This document shows, one piece after another, positions 42,694-51,385 of a stretch of DNA of 64,000 nucleotides (positions are counted from its first letter, which is position 1; every line of letters starts with the position of its first letter). The translations under genes were made by a program, and so were the position numbers. Origin of the DNA: a phage; sequence record PQ478073.1; one strand, written 5' to 3'. The notes under the pieces are model-generated. The model searched no databases, was not told the origin of the DNA, and saw only the letters and a program-made list of their open reading frames with translations.

Positions 42694-44223
42694 ATGCCAA
42701 GTAATTTTACTGATAAAAATGGTGGTAACATGGCTGGTCACTCTGATAAATGGAGTGAACGCAACCGCCGTCCAAATAGTTATCAAGCAGGTCAAGGTTC
42801 ACGTGGGTCACGTAATCAAGGAACTGGTCTAGCTGGTAAAGCAAACGCAGAAGCAGGTGAAGTTAAGAGTACTGAGAACATGACTGAGCTAGAAAAGCTA
42901 CGTTATGTTAATTCATTGGGACTTCTTAATGCTACACAAAAACAACGTCTAGCTGATATGGAACGTGAAGAAAAAGAAAAGTCTGCTCCTGCGAAAGAAG
43001 AACCAAAACAAGAAGCACCAAAGGCGGTTAACCCTGTCAAAGAACTGTCTGATAAGTTAGGTAAGATTTTTGCTAATAAACCACAACTTATCCAAGGTAT
43101 TGTGAAAGAATTGCAATCTGTACCTAAAGAAGAATTAAAAGTCAAAGCACAAGCTGTACTTGATGCAATGAGTGGAAATACCAGTACTGAACCAACTGAA
43201 GTATTCAGTACTATAATGCGTGCACTTGAAGGTACGCAACAAGGTGATGTGCCTGCACAAGAGGAAGTAAGTCTTGAAAGCGTACTTAAAACATTTGATA
43301 GTATTGGTAAAGAAGACCGTGCTAATGCTCAACAAGTTAAGAATGTACTAGCTAAGTTAGAAAACCGTCTGGAAGGCAAAGACGATAAGATTAAATTAGT
43401 ATCTGATGCAGTTAACGATGCACTTAAATCTTATGTACAAGGTGAAAAGAGTCGTTTTGTAACTGCAATGGATGCTGCATTCAATACTATGAAAAAGTAT
43501 GAAGCTGATCATGGTGAGAAGGTTACACGAGATGGTTATCTGATGCGTGATGATGAAGAAGGTGCAGTTGACCAGAAAGATGCTGAAACATCTCATGATG
43601 ATTTACCTGATACTGTTGATATGGATGGTTACATTCATCGTCCAGAAATGGGAGAGTTTGGTTCTGACAAAGAAGGATTTGAACATGCAATGGCAGTGTA
43701 CAAAGCTCTCGTGGACAATCCAGATTATGCCAACCGATTTGTAGATGAGTTTGATAGTGCATGGAACAACTACAAAGACAAAGGTTATGACTTCCCTGCT
43801 GAGGCAGCATTCTTTGAACTTGGTAAACTATTAGCTAAACATGGAATTGATGTAGGTTCTAAAGATGGTACTGATACTGATGGCATGGAAGCAGAATTGG
43901 CTAAAGATCGTGAAATGAACGACAACTCCATTCATGAACTCCAAAAGCTAATGATGTGGATATCCGATATTGGTAAAAAAGCTGGTGCTGATAATAAGAG
44001 TATCAACAAAAACATTAGTTGGATTAAAAGTAATGTTGGTAAAAATGCTCGTAAACTACAAAAAGCATGGACTGATTTAGTAAATGGTGCTGATGATGTT
44101 GACATTGAATCACCTGAAGCATACGAATATGCATTAACTACTCTTGATAATTCCTTTAAAGATTACGATAACGGTAACGTAACTCCTTGGGAAAAGGACA
44201 TCATGAGCAAATACGGTAAATGA
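42694..44223 (+). CDS. large acidic hypothetical protein (K/E/A/D-rich)
   Basis: ORF to 44223; start placed at ATG 42694 with SD GGAGAG (track start 42670). Confidence 0.6.
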   Translation: MPSNFTDKNGGNMAGHSDKWSERNRRPNSYQAGQGSRGSRNQGTGLAGKANAEAGEVKSTENMTELEKLRYVNSLGLLNATQKQRLADMEREEKEKSAPAKEEPKQEAPKAVNPVKELSDKLGKIFANKPQLIQGIVKELQSVPKEELKVKAQAVLDAMSGNTSTEPTEVFSTIMRALEGTQQGDVPAQEEVSLESVLKTFDSIGKEDRANAQQVKNVLAKLENRLEGKDDKIKLVSDAVNDALKSYVQGEKSRFVTAMDAAFNTMKKYEADHGEKVTRDGYLMRDDEEGAVDQKDAETSHDDLPDTVDMDGYIHRPEMGEFGSDKEGFEHAMAVYKALVDNPDYANRFVDEFDSAWNNYKDKGYDFPAEAAFFELGKLLAKHGIDVGSKDGTDTDGMEAELAKDREMNDNSIHELQKLMMWISDIGKKAGADNKSINKNISWIKSNVGKNARKLQKAWTDLVNGADDVDIESPEAYEYALTTLDNSFKDYDNGNVTPWEKDIMSKYGK

Positions 44224-44232
44224 TAAAACAAA

Positions 44233-44265
44233 AGGTTGACTTCGGTCAGCCTTTTTTTGTAAATA
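44233..44265 (+). promoter_or_regulatory. bifunctional terminator/promoter cassette (weak -10 TAAATA)
   Basis: AGGTTGAC-TTCG-GTCAGCCT + T7. Confidence 0.55.
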
Positions 44266-44294
44266 CAAAAGAGGAATTAAGAAGAGGGATTACA

Positions 44295-44546
44295 ATGAAA
44301 AAATATATTATATTTGGAATTGTATTATTTTCCAGTACTGCTTATGGTGCAGATTATCATTGCTCCGTAGCAAGGCAGGATTTCAGAAATGGGGAGTTCT
44401 ATACTACCTCATACACAAAAGGAATAATACACGACACCGACAGAACTATTGGATTTAATGCGTTTGACAACAAAGATTCATATACTTCAGGTATACTATC
44501 TGAGCGTAAGACTGATGTAATGGGAATAGAAAAAGAGTTCCGGTGA
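44295..44546 (+). CDS. small secreted protein
   Basis: start moved to ATG 44295; signal peptide ending AYG-ADY; SD AGAGGGA. Confidence 0.5.
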   Translation: MKKYIIFGIVLFSSTAYGADYHCSVARQDFRNGEFYTTSYTKGIIHDTDRTIGFNAFDNKDSYTSGILSERKTDVMGIEKEFR

Positions 44547-44556
44547 TTCAGTAGCA

Positions 44557-44880
44557 ATGTGCAATGACATTGAAAGTACCAAAACAATTTATTATAATAA
44601 TGAACGTAACTATCGTTTTCATAATTTAACCACAAATAAAAGTTTACTATTTTACAATTGTAAAGAAGTAATACTCCCATCAGACAATAGCTGTACTCCA
44701 ACTAATCAACCCTCAGCACAATGTAATACTCCCTCTGAACCTGATAAAAATAAAAAAGACAAAGATAAAGATAAAAAAGAAGACAAAAAACCTTTAAAAG
44801 ATAAAAAGAAAGATAAAAAACCTAATCCGTTTAAAAATAATAAACCAGCACAACCCGATATGACGTGTAAAATAAAATAA
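44557..44880 (+). CDS. hypothetical protein with K/D-rich low-complexity tail
   Basis: ORF 107 aa; KKDKDKDKKEDKK repeat. Confidence 0.45.
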   Translation: MCNDIESTKTIYYNNERNYRFHNLTTNKSLLFYNCKEVILPSDNSCTPTNQPSAQCNTPSEPDKNKKDKDKDKKEDKKPLKDKKKDKKPNPFKNNKPAQPDMTCKIK

Positions 44881-45070
44881 GGATATATAATGAAAAAGAT
44901 TTTTTAAGTATTATTTTAGTACTTTTTAGTTTTAATGTATATGCAACAGATGCTAAACAGGTTGCAAATACAGTAAAAGATGTTATAGTAGATAATGCTC
45001 CTACATTAGAGGAATTGGGGTAAAAACTTGTGATATAGTAATATATAATTTAGTTAATGATGAACGAGTT

Positions 45071-45307
45071 ATGTTGAATACGTATGAACAAGTAGTCCCA
45101 TTGGTTGAATCTGGTGATGCTTTTAGCTTTACATATAAAGTTAAATTAACAGGAGGGGTTGAAGTTAATCTTGACATTGATACCGCTTCAGTACTAAAAG
45201 ATAAACTAGGATATGTGTTCAATCGTATTCGTGAAGAAGGTCATCTTAAGTATGTTTATGAAAGTAAAATACTAAAATGTGCAATAGTTATAGAAAACTG
45301 TAAATGA
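45071..45307 (+). CDS. hypothetical protein
   Basis: ORF 78 aa; weak SD. Confidence 0.45.
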   Translation: MLNTYEQVVPLVESGDAFSFTYKVKLTGGVEVNLDIDTASVLKDKLGYVFNRIREEGHLKYVYESKILKCAIVIENCK

Positions 45308-45315
45308 TAATAAAA

Positions 45316-45348
45316 GGGTTGACTTCGGTCAGCCTTTTTTGTTATGAT
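45316..45348 (+). promoter_or_regulatory. bifunctional terminator/promoter cassette (TTGACT-N18-TATGAT)
   Basis: GGTTGAC-TTCG-GTCAGCC + T6. Confidence 0.6.
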
Positions 45349-45376
45349 GTTGATATTAACTACAGAGGATAAAGTA

Positions 45377-46018
45377 ATGACTAAGCAAGAAATATTCAAA
45401 ACTTTAATTGACATTTTGCGTCCATCAAAAACTCGTTGTGCGATGGAGTTTGATATTCCTTATGCTGAACGCGTAATCTTTCCACAAGTTAAAGCTGCTG
45501 GACTTACTTTGCTTGGAATGGGGATGTACTCTGTAGTAGTTGAACATAAAAACTATCCTGGGCGTGCATTTAAAGTAACCACTTCACGCTGGGATGGTTT
45601 TCGTGCTTATGCAAAGTACTGCATTGAAAACGCAGGAACCAAGTTTCTTCCAGTGATCTACAGTGCCAACGAACAAGGAAACTTTGGATGGTATGAGATG
45701 GACAAGTACTATCCTATAATTAAACAAAAAAATAATTATGATGACTTTGTTAGTACTAAAATTGGAGATTTGTATTCGTATGCACATGCTGGTCAGTACG
45801 CAACTTCAGTGAATGATATGCGTGGAAATTCTGAAGAGATTGCTATTGCAACGGTCGCTGCTAACATCATGAAAGAGTTTCACGGGCGTTTTGTACCAGA
45901 CATTCATTCAAGTAATGTGATGATGGATAAAGATGGGAATGTATTCATTACTGATCCTCTTTCGTGTGATGTGCGTAGAGAAATACCAATTACTGAAGAA
46001 GATCCAGTTTTTTATTGA
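45377..46018 (+). CDS. putative atypical protein kinase / phosphotransferase-like protein
   Basis: start ATG 45377 (SD AGAGGA); G-rich loop GMGMYSVV, AFKV lysine strand, catalytic-loop-like HSSNVMMDKDGNVFITDP. Confidence 0.45.
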   Translation: MTKQEIFKTLIDILRPSKTRCAMEFDIPYAERVIFPQVKAAGLTLLGMGMYSVVVEHKNYPGRAFKVTTSRWDGFRAYAKYCIENAGTKFLPVIYSANEQGNFGWYEMDKYYPIIKQKNNYDDFVSTKIGDLYSYAHAGQYATSVNDMRGNSEEIAIATVAANIMKEFHGRFVPDIHSSNVMMDKDGNVFITDPLSCDVRREIPITEEDPVFY

Positions 46019-46079
46019 CAGAACTGATGTTCTGATGTATTCTTAATAAACCATAAAAATTGCGGTAAAGGATAAAATC

Positions 46080-46361
46080 ATGCGTTCATTTGAAAACTTA
46101 ATAGGTAAGCATCTTTTATCTGAAATTGATGCAGACGTTAAAGAATTATCCAAATCAAAAAGTTACATTCATTTGGATGAACTGTTTATTAAGTACGGTG
46201 AGATTGGTTTTAAGTCATTATTTGTTTTTACTATGAAAGTACATAGTTTAAAGTACTTCGATTTGAGTGCTAAAGATGGTGAACCGAATCTATATTACAT
46301 GTATTACCTTAAGAACAAAGATGAAGCTAATACATTACTCTCTGAATATATATTGGGGTAA
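46080..46361 (+). CDS. hypothetical protein
   Basis: ORF 93 aa; SD AAAGGA. Confidence 0.55.
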   Translation: MRSFENLIGKHLLSEIDADVKELSKSKSYIHLDELFIKYGEIGFKSLFVFTMKVHSLKYFDLSAKDGEPNLYYMYYLKNKDEANTLLSEYILG

Positions 46362-46363
46362 AA

Positions 46364-46702
46364 ATGGAACAATATTTTGAATTAATAAACAAAGTATCAT
46401 TTTATGTAGTATCTTTGGTTTGGGTGTATTATATGTTTTGCTACATTATTGCATTCTTCCGATACACTACTTTATATGAACGTATCTACTATGATGCCCC
46501 AATTTCATTCTTGATGTTTTGTGCATGTACGTGGGGAATATTAGAAGTACTGATATGTGGGTATAGTACTGATGAATTAAATCTGGTATCGGTCTTGACT
46601 GGGTTTTCATTTGTTGTTATGATAGCTGCCGTTCCAGTATGGTTGTTCTTTGGACTAGTTCATCGCATTGATATATGGCGTTCTAATATCCCTGAAAAGT
46701 AA
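46364..46702 (+). CDS. small membrane protein, tandem family A (1 of 3)
   Basis: 3 TM helices; C-term WRSNIPEK. Confidence 0.55.
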   Translation: MEQYFELINKVSFYVVSLVWVYYMFCYIIAFFRYTTLYERIYYDAPISFLMFCACTWGILEVLICGYSTDELNLVSVLTGFSFVVMIAAVPVWLFFGLVHRIDIWRSNIPEK

Positions 46703-46705
46703 GGA

Positions 46706-47053
46706 TTGGTAATGATTTATTACACTAACATGTTTGCCTATGCTGTTGCTTGCATTTACATTGTTTACTTCTTATTCGGTGGAGTACTGTGCTTCTTTAA
46801 GTACAAAACGTTGTTCAACCGAATGTACCCAAATCATCCAATTGTAGTTGTACTTTTGATTCTTTCAGTTTCTCAAATAATCGTTGAAACTACAATGGGT
46901 ATCAGTAGTGTACATTATAGTTTTGGCACTATAGTAATTATTACTATGCTTATTGCATACATTTTAGTACTTGGATATGGTATCTTTGGTAATATTGGTA
47001 TGAAAATGTATCATCGAATTAAAACATTACGTGATAATCTACCGGAGCGTTGA
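46706..47053 (+). CDS. small membrane protein, tandem family A (2 of 3)
   Basis: C-term LRDNLPER. Confidence 0.55.
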   Translation: MVMIYYTNMFAYAVACIYIVYFLFGGVLCFFKYKTLFNRMYPNHPIVVVLLILSVSQIIVETTMGISSVHYSFGTIVIITMLIAYILVLGYGIFGNIGMKMYHRIKTLRDNLPER

Positions 47054-47054
47054 T

Positions 47055-47399
47055 ATGTATAATTTGAACCTAATCTCATATATTATAACAACACTGTTTA
47101 CATTCTATGCCTTTGTTGGTATAATCCTACTGTACTTTAAATTTTATAAAGTGTTTAACCGTTTCTATCCTTCAATGGAGAATGAGTTTTTCTTTGTGTT
47201 GTACGTAGGTTACACATTAATGGCTACATGTTTCACTGTAGCCGATGGCGTCATCGGCATTAAAACTGATTCCCCAAATGGTAGTACGCTGGTTGCATTT
47301 ATTCTTACTGGATTCCTTGCAACTTATATTGCCTTCATTACAACATGGTCAGTGGTTGAATTTCTCTTGCGACTACGAAAGAATATGCCGAATCGATAG
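47055..47399 (+). CDS. small membrane protein, tandem family A (3 of 3)
   Basis: start ATG 47055 (SD GGAGCG); C-term LRKNMPNR. Confidence 0.55.
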   Translation: MYNLNLISYIITTLFTFYAFVGIILLYFKFYKVFNRFYPSMENEFFFVLYVGYTLMATCFTVADGVIGIKTDSPNGSTLVAFILTGFLATYIAFITTWSVVEFLLRLRKNMPNR

Positions 47400-47408
47400 G
47401 AGACATAT

Positions 47409-47663
47409 ATGTTTGCGTTGCGTAATAAAAACACTAAAGAATTATTATGTATTGATACCGTATGGGATTGTGCGGGATCAACTACAGTTCTTGAAGAAGG
47501 AACTGGATATTGCGTGTTTGTTGTTCATGATAGGAATGAACTCGAATTATTACTTGCTGAGTTCAATGCTGGTGGTAATCCTAACAGTACTGAATACCCT
47601 GAGATTATCAATCCAGCACCACCAGGCTCTTATGAAATTCTACAACTGTGGGAGTTGAAGTAA
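47409..47663 (+). CDS. hypothetical protein
   Basis: ORF 84 aa; SD TAGGAGA. Confidence 0.55.
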   Translation: MFALRNKNTKELLCIDTVWDCAGSTTVLEEGTGYCVFVVHDRNELELLLAEFNAGGNPNSTEYPEIINPAPPGSYEILQLWELK

Positions 47664-48043
47664 TGCGTCAAATGCACAAAGTAACCGAGCTAAACAAGCG
47701 TCTGGTTAAACAATCAATGTTCGAGGATAAAGAGTCTTATTATAACTTTAAACGTGCAGTAGAGGCTGCTATCCACATTCAGAAGCTTAAAGAACGTGGT
47801 TGTATTATTCTGGAAAATGGTTCGGAAGTTGTAACGGATGACTTTAGTGTAGCGTTTGATGTTTCACCTGACGGGACGCTATCAATGCCCCGCTTAGGAA
47901 CTGGAAACATGACTGTTTGGGTTGGCTTCACTATGGGGAATGTACCTGGTACTGTGTACGTAGATGATGCGGAATTGAAAGACAGTTTCAAAAACTTATC
48001 TTATCTTGAACCACAATACGCACATGAAATGAATTTATTTTGA
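47663..48043 (+). CDS. hypothetical protein
   Basis: start ATG 47663 (TAATG overlap, SD GGGAG). Confidence 0.5.
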   Translation: MRQMHKVTELNKRLVKQSMFEDKESYYNFKRAVEAAIHIQKLKERGCIILENGSEVVTDDFSVAFDVSPDGTLSMPRLGTGNMTVWVGFTMGNVPGTVYVDDAELKDSFKNLSYLEPQYAHEMNLF

Positions 48044-48044
48044 G

Positions 48045-48072
48045 TTGACAAACACATTCAGTACTGTATAAT
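48045..48072 (+). promoter_or_regulatory. promoter TTGACA-N16-TATAAT with CAGTACTG box
   Basis: consensus hexamers. Confidence 0.6.
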
Positions 48073-48119
48073 GCTTATCAAGGGGATGAACTTCTCATCC
48101 CTACAATCGAGGAACTACC

Positions 48120-48674
48120 ATGATTACTTTTAAGAAAACTGCTAACCACATCCATGAAATCTACATTAACGGTCACAAAGCTGGCCTTCTTCGTTTACTC
48201 GCCCATCATCCTGATGTTACCGTATCTGATAATGAACCTAAAGATTGGCGTGTATTTTTCTTTGGAAAGTACAGTGATTTTCAAGTATCAAACCTGAAGA
48301 ACATTCGTTCAGTATGCACGTTAACTGAAATTAAAGAAAAGTTAGAAAAAGCATTGAAAACTAATCCAGATGGTGTTCTTCCACCTGATAACTTTGTAGA
48401 GAAAGGTTATGCATTAGCTCATTTCAAAGATGGTACTATTCAATCTATCAGTACTGAATATGAATATCAATGGACTGAGTACTTCACTTATGGATCGCGT
48501 AATACATTGATGGCTTCACGTAGTAAATTGGAAGAAGTACTGACTCGTATGAATGAACGCGAACGTCAATTTTATGACAAACCAGAAATGTGGAGTTCAA
48601 CTTACATTGACCGTATTGACTATGTTATTATGACTCCAATCTTTGACACTGCTTACTATGATTCTTTGAAATAA
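48120..48674 (+). CDS. hypothetical protein
   Basis: ORF 184 aa; SD CGAGGAA. Confidence 0.6.
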   Translation: MITFKKTANHIHEIYINGHKAGLLRLLAHHPDVTVSDNEPKDWRVFFFGKYSDFQVSNLKNIRSVCTLTEIKEKLEKALKTNPDGVLPPDNFVEKGYALAHFKDGTIQSISTEYEYQWTEYFTYGSRNTLMASRSKLEEVLTRMNERERQFYDKPEMWSSTYIDRIDYVIMTPIFDTAYYDSLK

Positions 48675-48685
48675 GGATAACTTAT

Positions 48686-48862
48686 ATGAAACTACGTACT
48701 CGTAATAGACTGATGGATGCACTGTACCATGAACAGCTTTCACTGAATGAAGTGAAGCGTCAGTTAATGTACACATATCTGTTACCCGCTCGCATTGCAA
48801 AACAACGTGCTAAAGAATTGCTGAAAGAAGCAATCGAGTACTGGGAATCTGATTCGTACTAA
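48686..48862 (+). CDS. small hypothetical protein (58 aa)
   Basis: ATG with SD TAAGGA; not in ORF track. Confidence 0.45.
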   Translation: MKLRTRNRLMDALYHEQLSLNEVKRQLMYTYLLPARIAKQRAKELLKEAIEYWESDSY

Positions 48863-48901
48863 TATTACGTGATATGTCACGTTAATTAAGTGAGGCGATA
48901 A

Positions 48902-49153
48902 ATGAAAATATTATTAGTTCTAATACTACTAATAGTTTTACCATTTACTTTAGTATCCCCTGGACTTGCATGGAATGTATTTGTGTACTTAGTATGTACT
49001 ATTGTAGTAAATGGTATCTTGTTCTTAGTTCTATTCATAAATGGAATAGGACACGGTGGAGGATGGACCAGTACTGCTGATATCGTACATAAAACCACTA
49101 TGTCTTTATTTGTAATGTGGAATTTGTTCTGGACTTGGTTTGTGTTCTTCTAA
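48902..49153 (+). CDS. small membrane protein
   Basis: ORF 83 aa; 3 hydrophobic helices; SD TGAGG. Confidence 0.5.
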   Translation: MKILLVLILLIVLPFTLVSPGLAWNVFVYLVCTIVVNGILFLVLFINGIGHGGGWTSTADIVHKTTMSLFVMWNLFWTWFVFF

Positions 49154-49161
49154 TTAAAAAT

Positions 49162-49533
49162 ATGAATATAGATTTGAAAGGTGCAACCCGAACTGTTATC
49201 CTCATTGGGGAATACGCTATCAAGATTCCAACCTTCAAAAGCTGGAAGTTATTCCTAACTGGAATGATAGCTAACCTCAATGAACGTTCATGGATGCAGT
49301 ACTCCAATCGTAGTGATAGTGGTATCTGCCCTACTTTGTGGTCATCATGTACAGGACTAGTAACTGTACAGAAACGTTGTAAGCCAGTTCAACATAGGGG
49401 TTTATTTTGGGTGGAGTTGTGTGCTTTAGCATTGAATTCAGAGTTAAGTACTGACTTCTTTTATTCAGATGCGAAGCCAGAAAACTTTGGTTATCTGAAT
49501 GGTAAGTTAGTTAAACTTGATTATGGAGATTAA
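49162..49533 (+). CDS. putative minimal protein-kinase-like protein
   Basis: start ATG 49162; G-loop KGATRTVILIGEYAIKIP, catalytic-loop-like DAKPENFGY, DFG-like KLDYGD. Confidence 0.4.
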   Translation: MNIDLKGATRTVILIGEYAIKIPTFKSWKLFLTGMIANLNERSWMQYSNRSDSGICPTLWSSCTGLVTVQKRCKPVQHRGLFWVELCALALNSELSTDFFYSDAKPENFGYLNGKLVKLDYGD

Positions 49534-49534
49534 G

Positions 49535-49804
49535 ATGTACGCACTGTATAATAAAGAAAAGAAACGATTTGCTAAGGTTGAAATTTCGATTGATACCTTT
49601 GATATGTTGGAGTACTGTATTGTGACGGACCTATATGCTAACTTGTATTACGTTCTTGATGACGTATCAGTACTGCAACGATTGCTTGAGAATTCCAAAA
49701 GTCAATGCCAGGGCATCCATGATGGTTCATCTTATGAAACACCTGAGTGTTCCTACGGCTATCTGGACGGGTATGAGATTGTGAAGTTGGGGATTGTTGA
49801 ATAA
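49535..49804 (+). CDS. hypothetical protein
   Basis: start ATG 49535 (SD GGAGA). Confidence 0.5.
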   Translation: MYALYNKEKKRFAKVEISIDTFDMLEYCIVTDLYANLYYVLDDVSVLQRLLENSKSQCQGIHDGSSYETPECSYGYLDGYEIVKLGIVE

Positions 49805-49810
49805 AGAAAA

Positions 49811-49843
49811 GGGTTGACTACGGTCAGCCCTTTTTGCTATAAT
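49811..49843 (+). promoter_or_regulatory. bifunctional terminator/promoter cassette (GGGTTGAC-TACG-GTCAGCCC-T5; TTGACT-N18-TATAAT)
   Basis: perfect stem; cassette plus 5'UTR near-identical to copies at 51093 and 52814. Confidence 0.7.
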
Positions 49844-49871
49844 CATTTCATCGAAACGAGAGGATGAATAC

Positions 49872-50387
49872 ATGACACGCATTAACTTAGTACACGTTAA
49901 AGAACTTGCTGACCAACATCTGATGGCTGAATATCGTGAACTCCCACGTGTATTTGGTTCTGTACAAAAACACGTTCAAGCACGTAAGCGTGTACGTGAT
50001 TTCAAAATTAACAGTACTTACCTGTTGGGTTCAGGTCATGTAACATTCTTCTACAACAAGTTATTGTACTTACAGAAGCGTCATATTGATATTGTTAACG
50101 AATGTTTGCGTCGTGGTATGAAGATTCAAAACACTGAAGTAAACGACATTAGCGGATTCCCTGCTGAGTTTTGTAATGACTACGTACCATCGGAGTCAGA
50201 GATTAAAATGTCTCGTGATCGTTTGATTGAGAAGCTCCAGATGAAGCCTACGTGGTATAAGTTTACTGATGTTGAATGTCCACAGTACGTTAAAGATATG
50301 CAGAACGTAAGTAGTAAGAACGAATCTAGTACTGATATGTTCGACGAAATTGAAGAACAAATCAAAGATGAAATGAATAATTATTAA
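49872..50387 (+). CDS. denV: endonuclease V (pyrimidine dimer DNA glycosylase/AP lyase) with C-terminal acidic extension
   Basis: 171 aa; N-term MTRINL[23 protein letters not shown] ... KRVRDFKI ... [10 protein letters not shown] ... PTWYK matches T4 DenV from memory. Confidence 0.9.
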   Translation: MTRINLVHVKELADQHLMAEYRELPRVFGSVQKHVQARKRVRDFKINSTYLLGSGHVTFFYNKLLYLQKRHIDIVNECLRRGMKIQNTEVNDISGFPAEFCNDYVPSESEIKMSRDRLIEKLQMKPTWYKFTDVECPQYVKDMQNVSSKNESSTDMFDEIEEQIKDEMNNY

Positions 50388-50425
50388 AGGAAAGGATTGA
50401 CTTCGGTCACACAAAGGAACATAAC

Positions 50426-50620
50426 ATGTTATTAGTATATTCAAAGCGTTTCTGGATTTCTTTCATTGTACTTTCGCTAATCGGCTTCGGTGTGAGTATA
50501 ATCTTTTCGTGGGATGAATTGGGTACATGGTATTATGAAGTTCCGTGGTACATGAAGATAGCTCCTTGTTATGCGGCATTGTTCGTGTCATTCCTTATTG
50601 TTGTCTTCAGCGAGGATTAG
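50426..50620 (+). CDS. small membrane protein
   Basis: ORF 64 aa; two TM helices; SD AAGGAA. Confidence 0.5.
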   Translation: MLLVYSKRFWISFIVLSLIGFGVSIIFSWDELGTWYYEVPWYMKIAPCYAALFVSFLIVVFSED

Positions 50621-50671
50621 TTGATGTAGTATGTGCTACACCAAAGTATTTGGATATTTTAGATATAAACA

Positions 50672-50700
50672 TTGACACCTGTTCTATCTTTCTGTATTAT
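50672..50700 (+). promoter_or_regulatory. promoter TTGACA-N17-TATTAT
   Basis: hexamers upstream of 50727 gene. Confidence 0.5.
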
Positions 50701-50726
50701 GTACATCACCAAATGAGGAATACAAC

Positions 50727-51086
50727 ATGGCATCTTTAAGTGAAATCGCAGAATACAACCCACTAACAATCTCAACAATTCAACGTACAAAAACTTTTTA
50801 TTTCCGTCCTGCTGATGGATGGAAACGTGGAATGAATGGTGACTATCGAGTACTGGAAGATTCACTAATCGAGCGTATCAACTCTGAACTACAGAAGTAT
50901 GAAGGTGTTAAAGTTGTGCGTTCAACTTCTCGTTATTTTGAGTACTACATTGAGTCTTCAACTGTAAATGAAAACTCATCATTATCGGTGGACAACACTG
51001 ATATTCTTCGTAATGCAGTTGGTATGTTATGCAACATTGCAGAAGAAATGGGATTAACTATTAGTACTATGAGTGAGTTAGAATAA
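50727..51086 (+). CDS. hypothetical protein
   Basis: ORF 119 aa; SD TGAGGAA. Confidence 0.55.
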   Translation: MASLSEIAEYNPLTISTIQRTKTFYFRPADGWKRGMNGDYRVLEDSLIERINSELQKYEGVKVVRSTSRYFEYYIESSTVNENSSLSVDNTDILRNAVGMLCNIAEEMGLTISTMSELE

Positions 51087-51092
51087 CATAAA

Positions 51093-51125
51093 GGGTTGAC
51101 TTCGGTCAGCCCTTTTTGCTATAAT
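51093..51125 (+). promoter_or_regulatory. bifunctional terminator/promoter cassette (GGGTTGAC-TTCG-GTCAGCCC-T5-GC-TATAAT)
   Basis: canonical copy; identical 5'UTR ATCATTTCATCAACTCAAGAGG as 52814 copy. Confidence 0.7.
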
Positions 51126-51151
51126 CATTTCATCAACTCAAGAGGCAACAC

Positions 51152-51385
51152 ATGAAACTATCTTTTATACGATTGGCTGAATTCTTTGGTACTGATGTAA
51201 TTACTCTACAACAAATCGCAGATAATACATCATTAACTACACAAGAAGTACTTGACTTAGATGTAATTCAGTGCGATAATACTTCCATCGATTACAAAGA
51301 AGGTCTTGTCGAAAAAGATAAGATTCAAGCTAAAATTAATGGTGCTGGACGGGTTCAGTACTGGAAAGGAGTTTTAAGTAAATGA
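51152..51385 (+). CDS. hypothetical protein
   Basis: ORF 77 aa; SD AAGAGG. Confidence 0.55.
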   Translation: MKLSFIRLAEFFGTDVITLQQIADNTSLTTQEVLDLDVIQCDNTSIDYKEGLVEKDKIQAKINGAGRVQYWKGVLSK

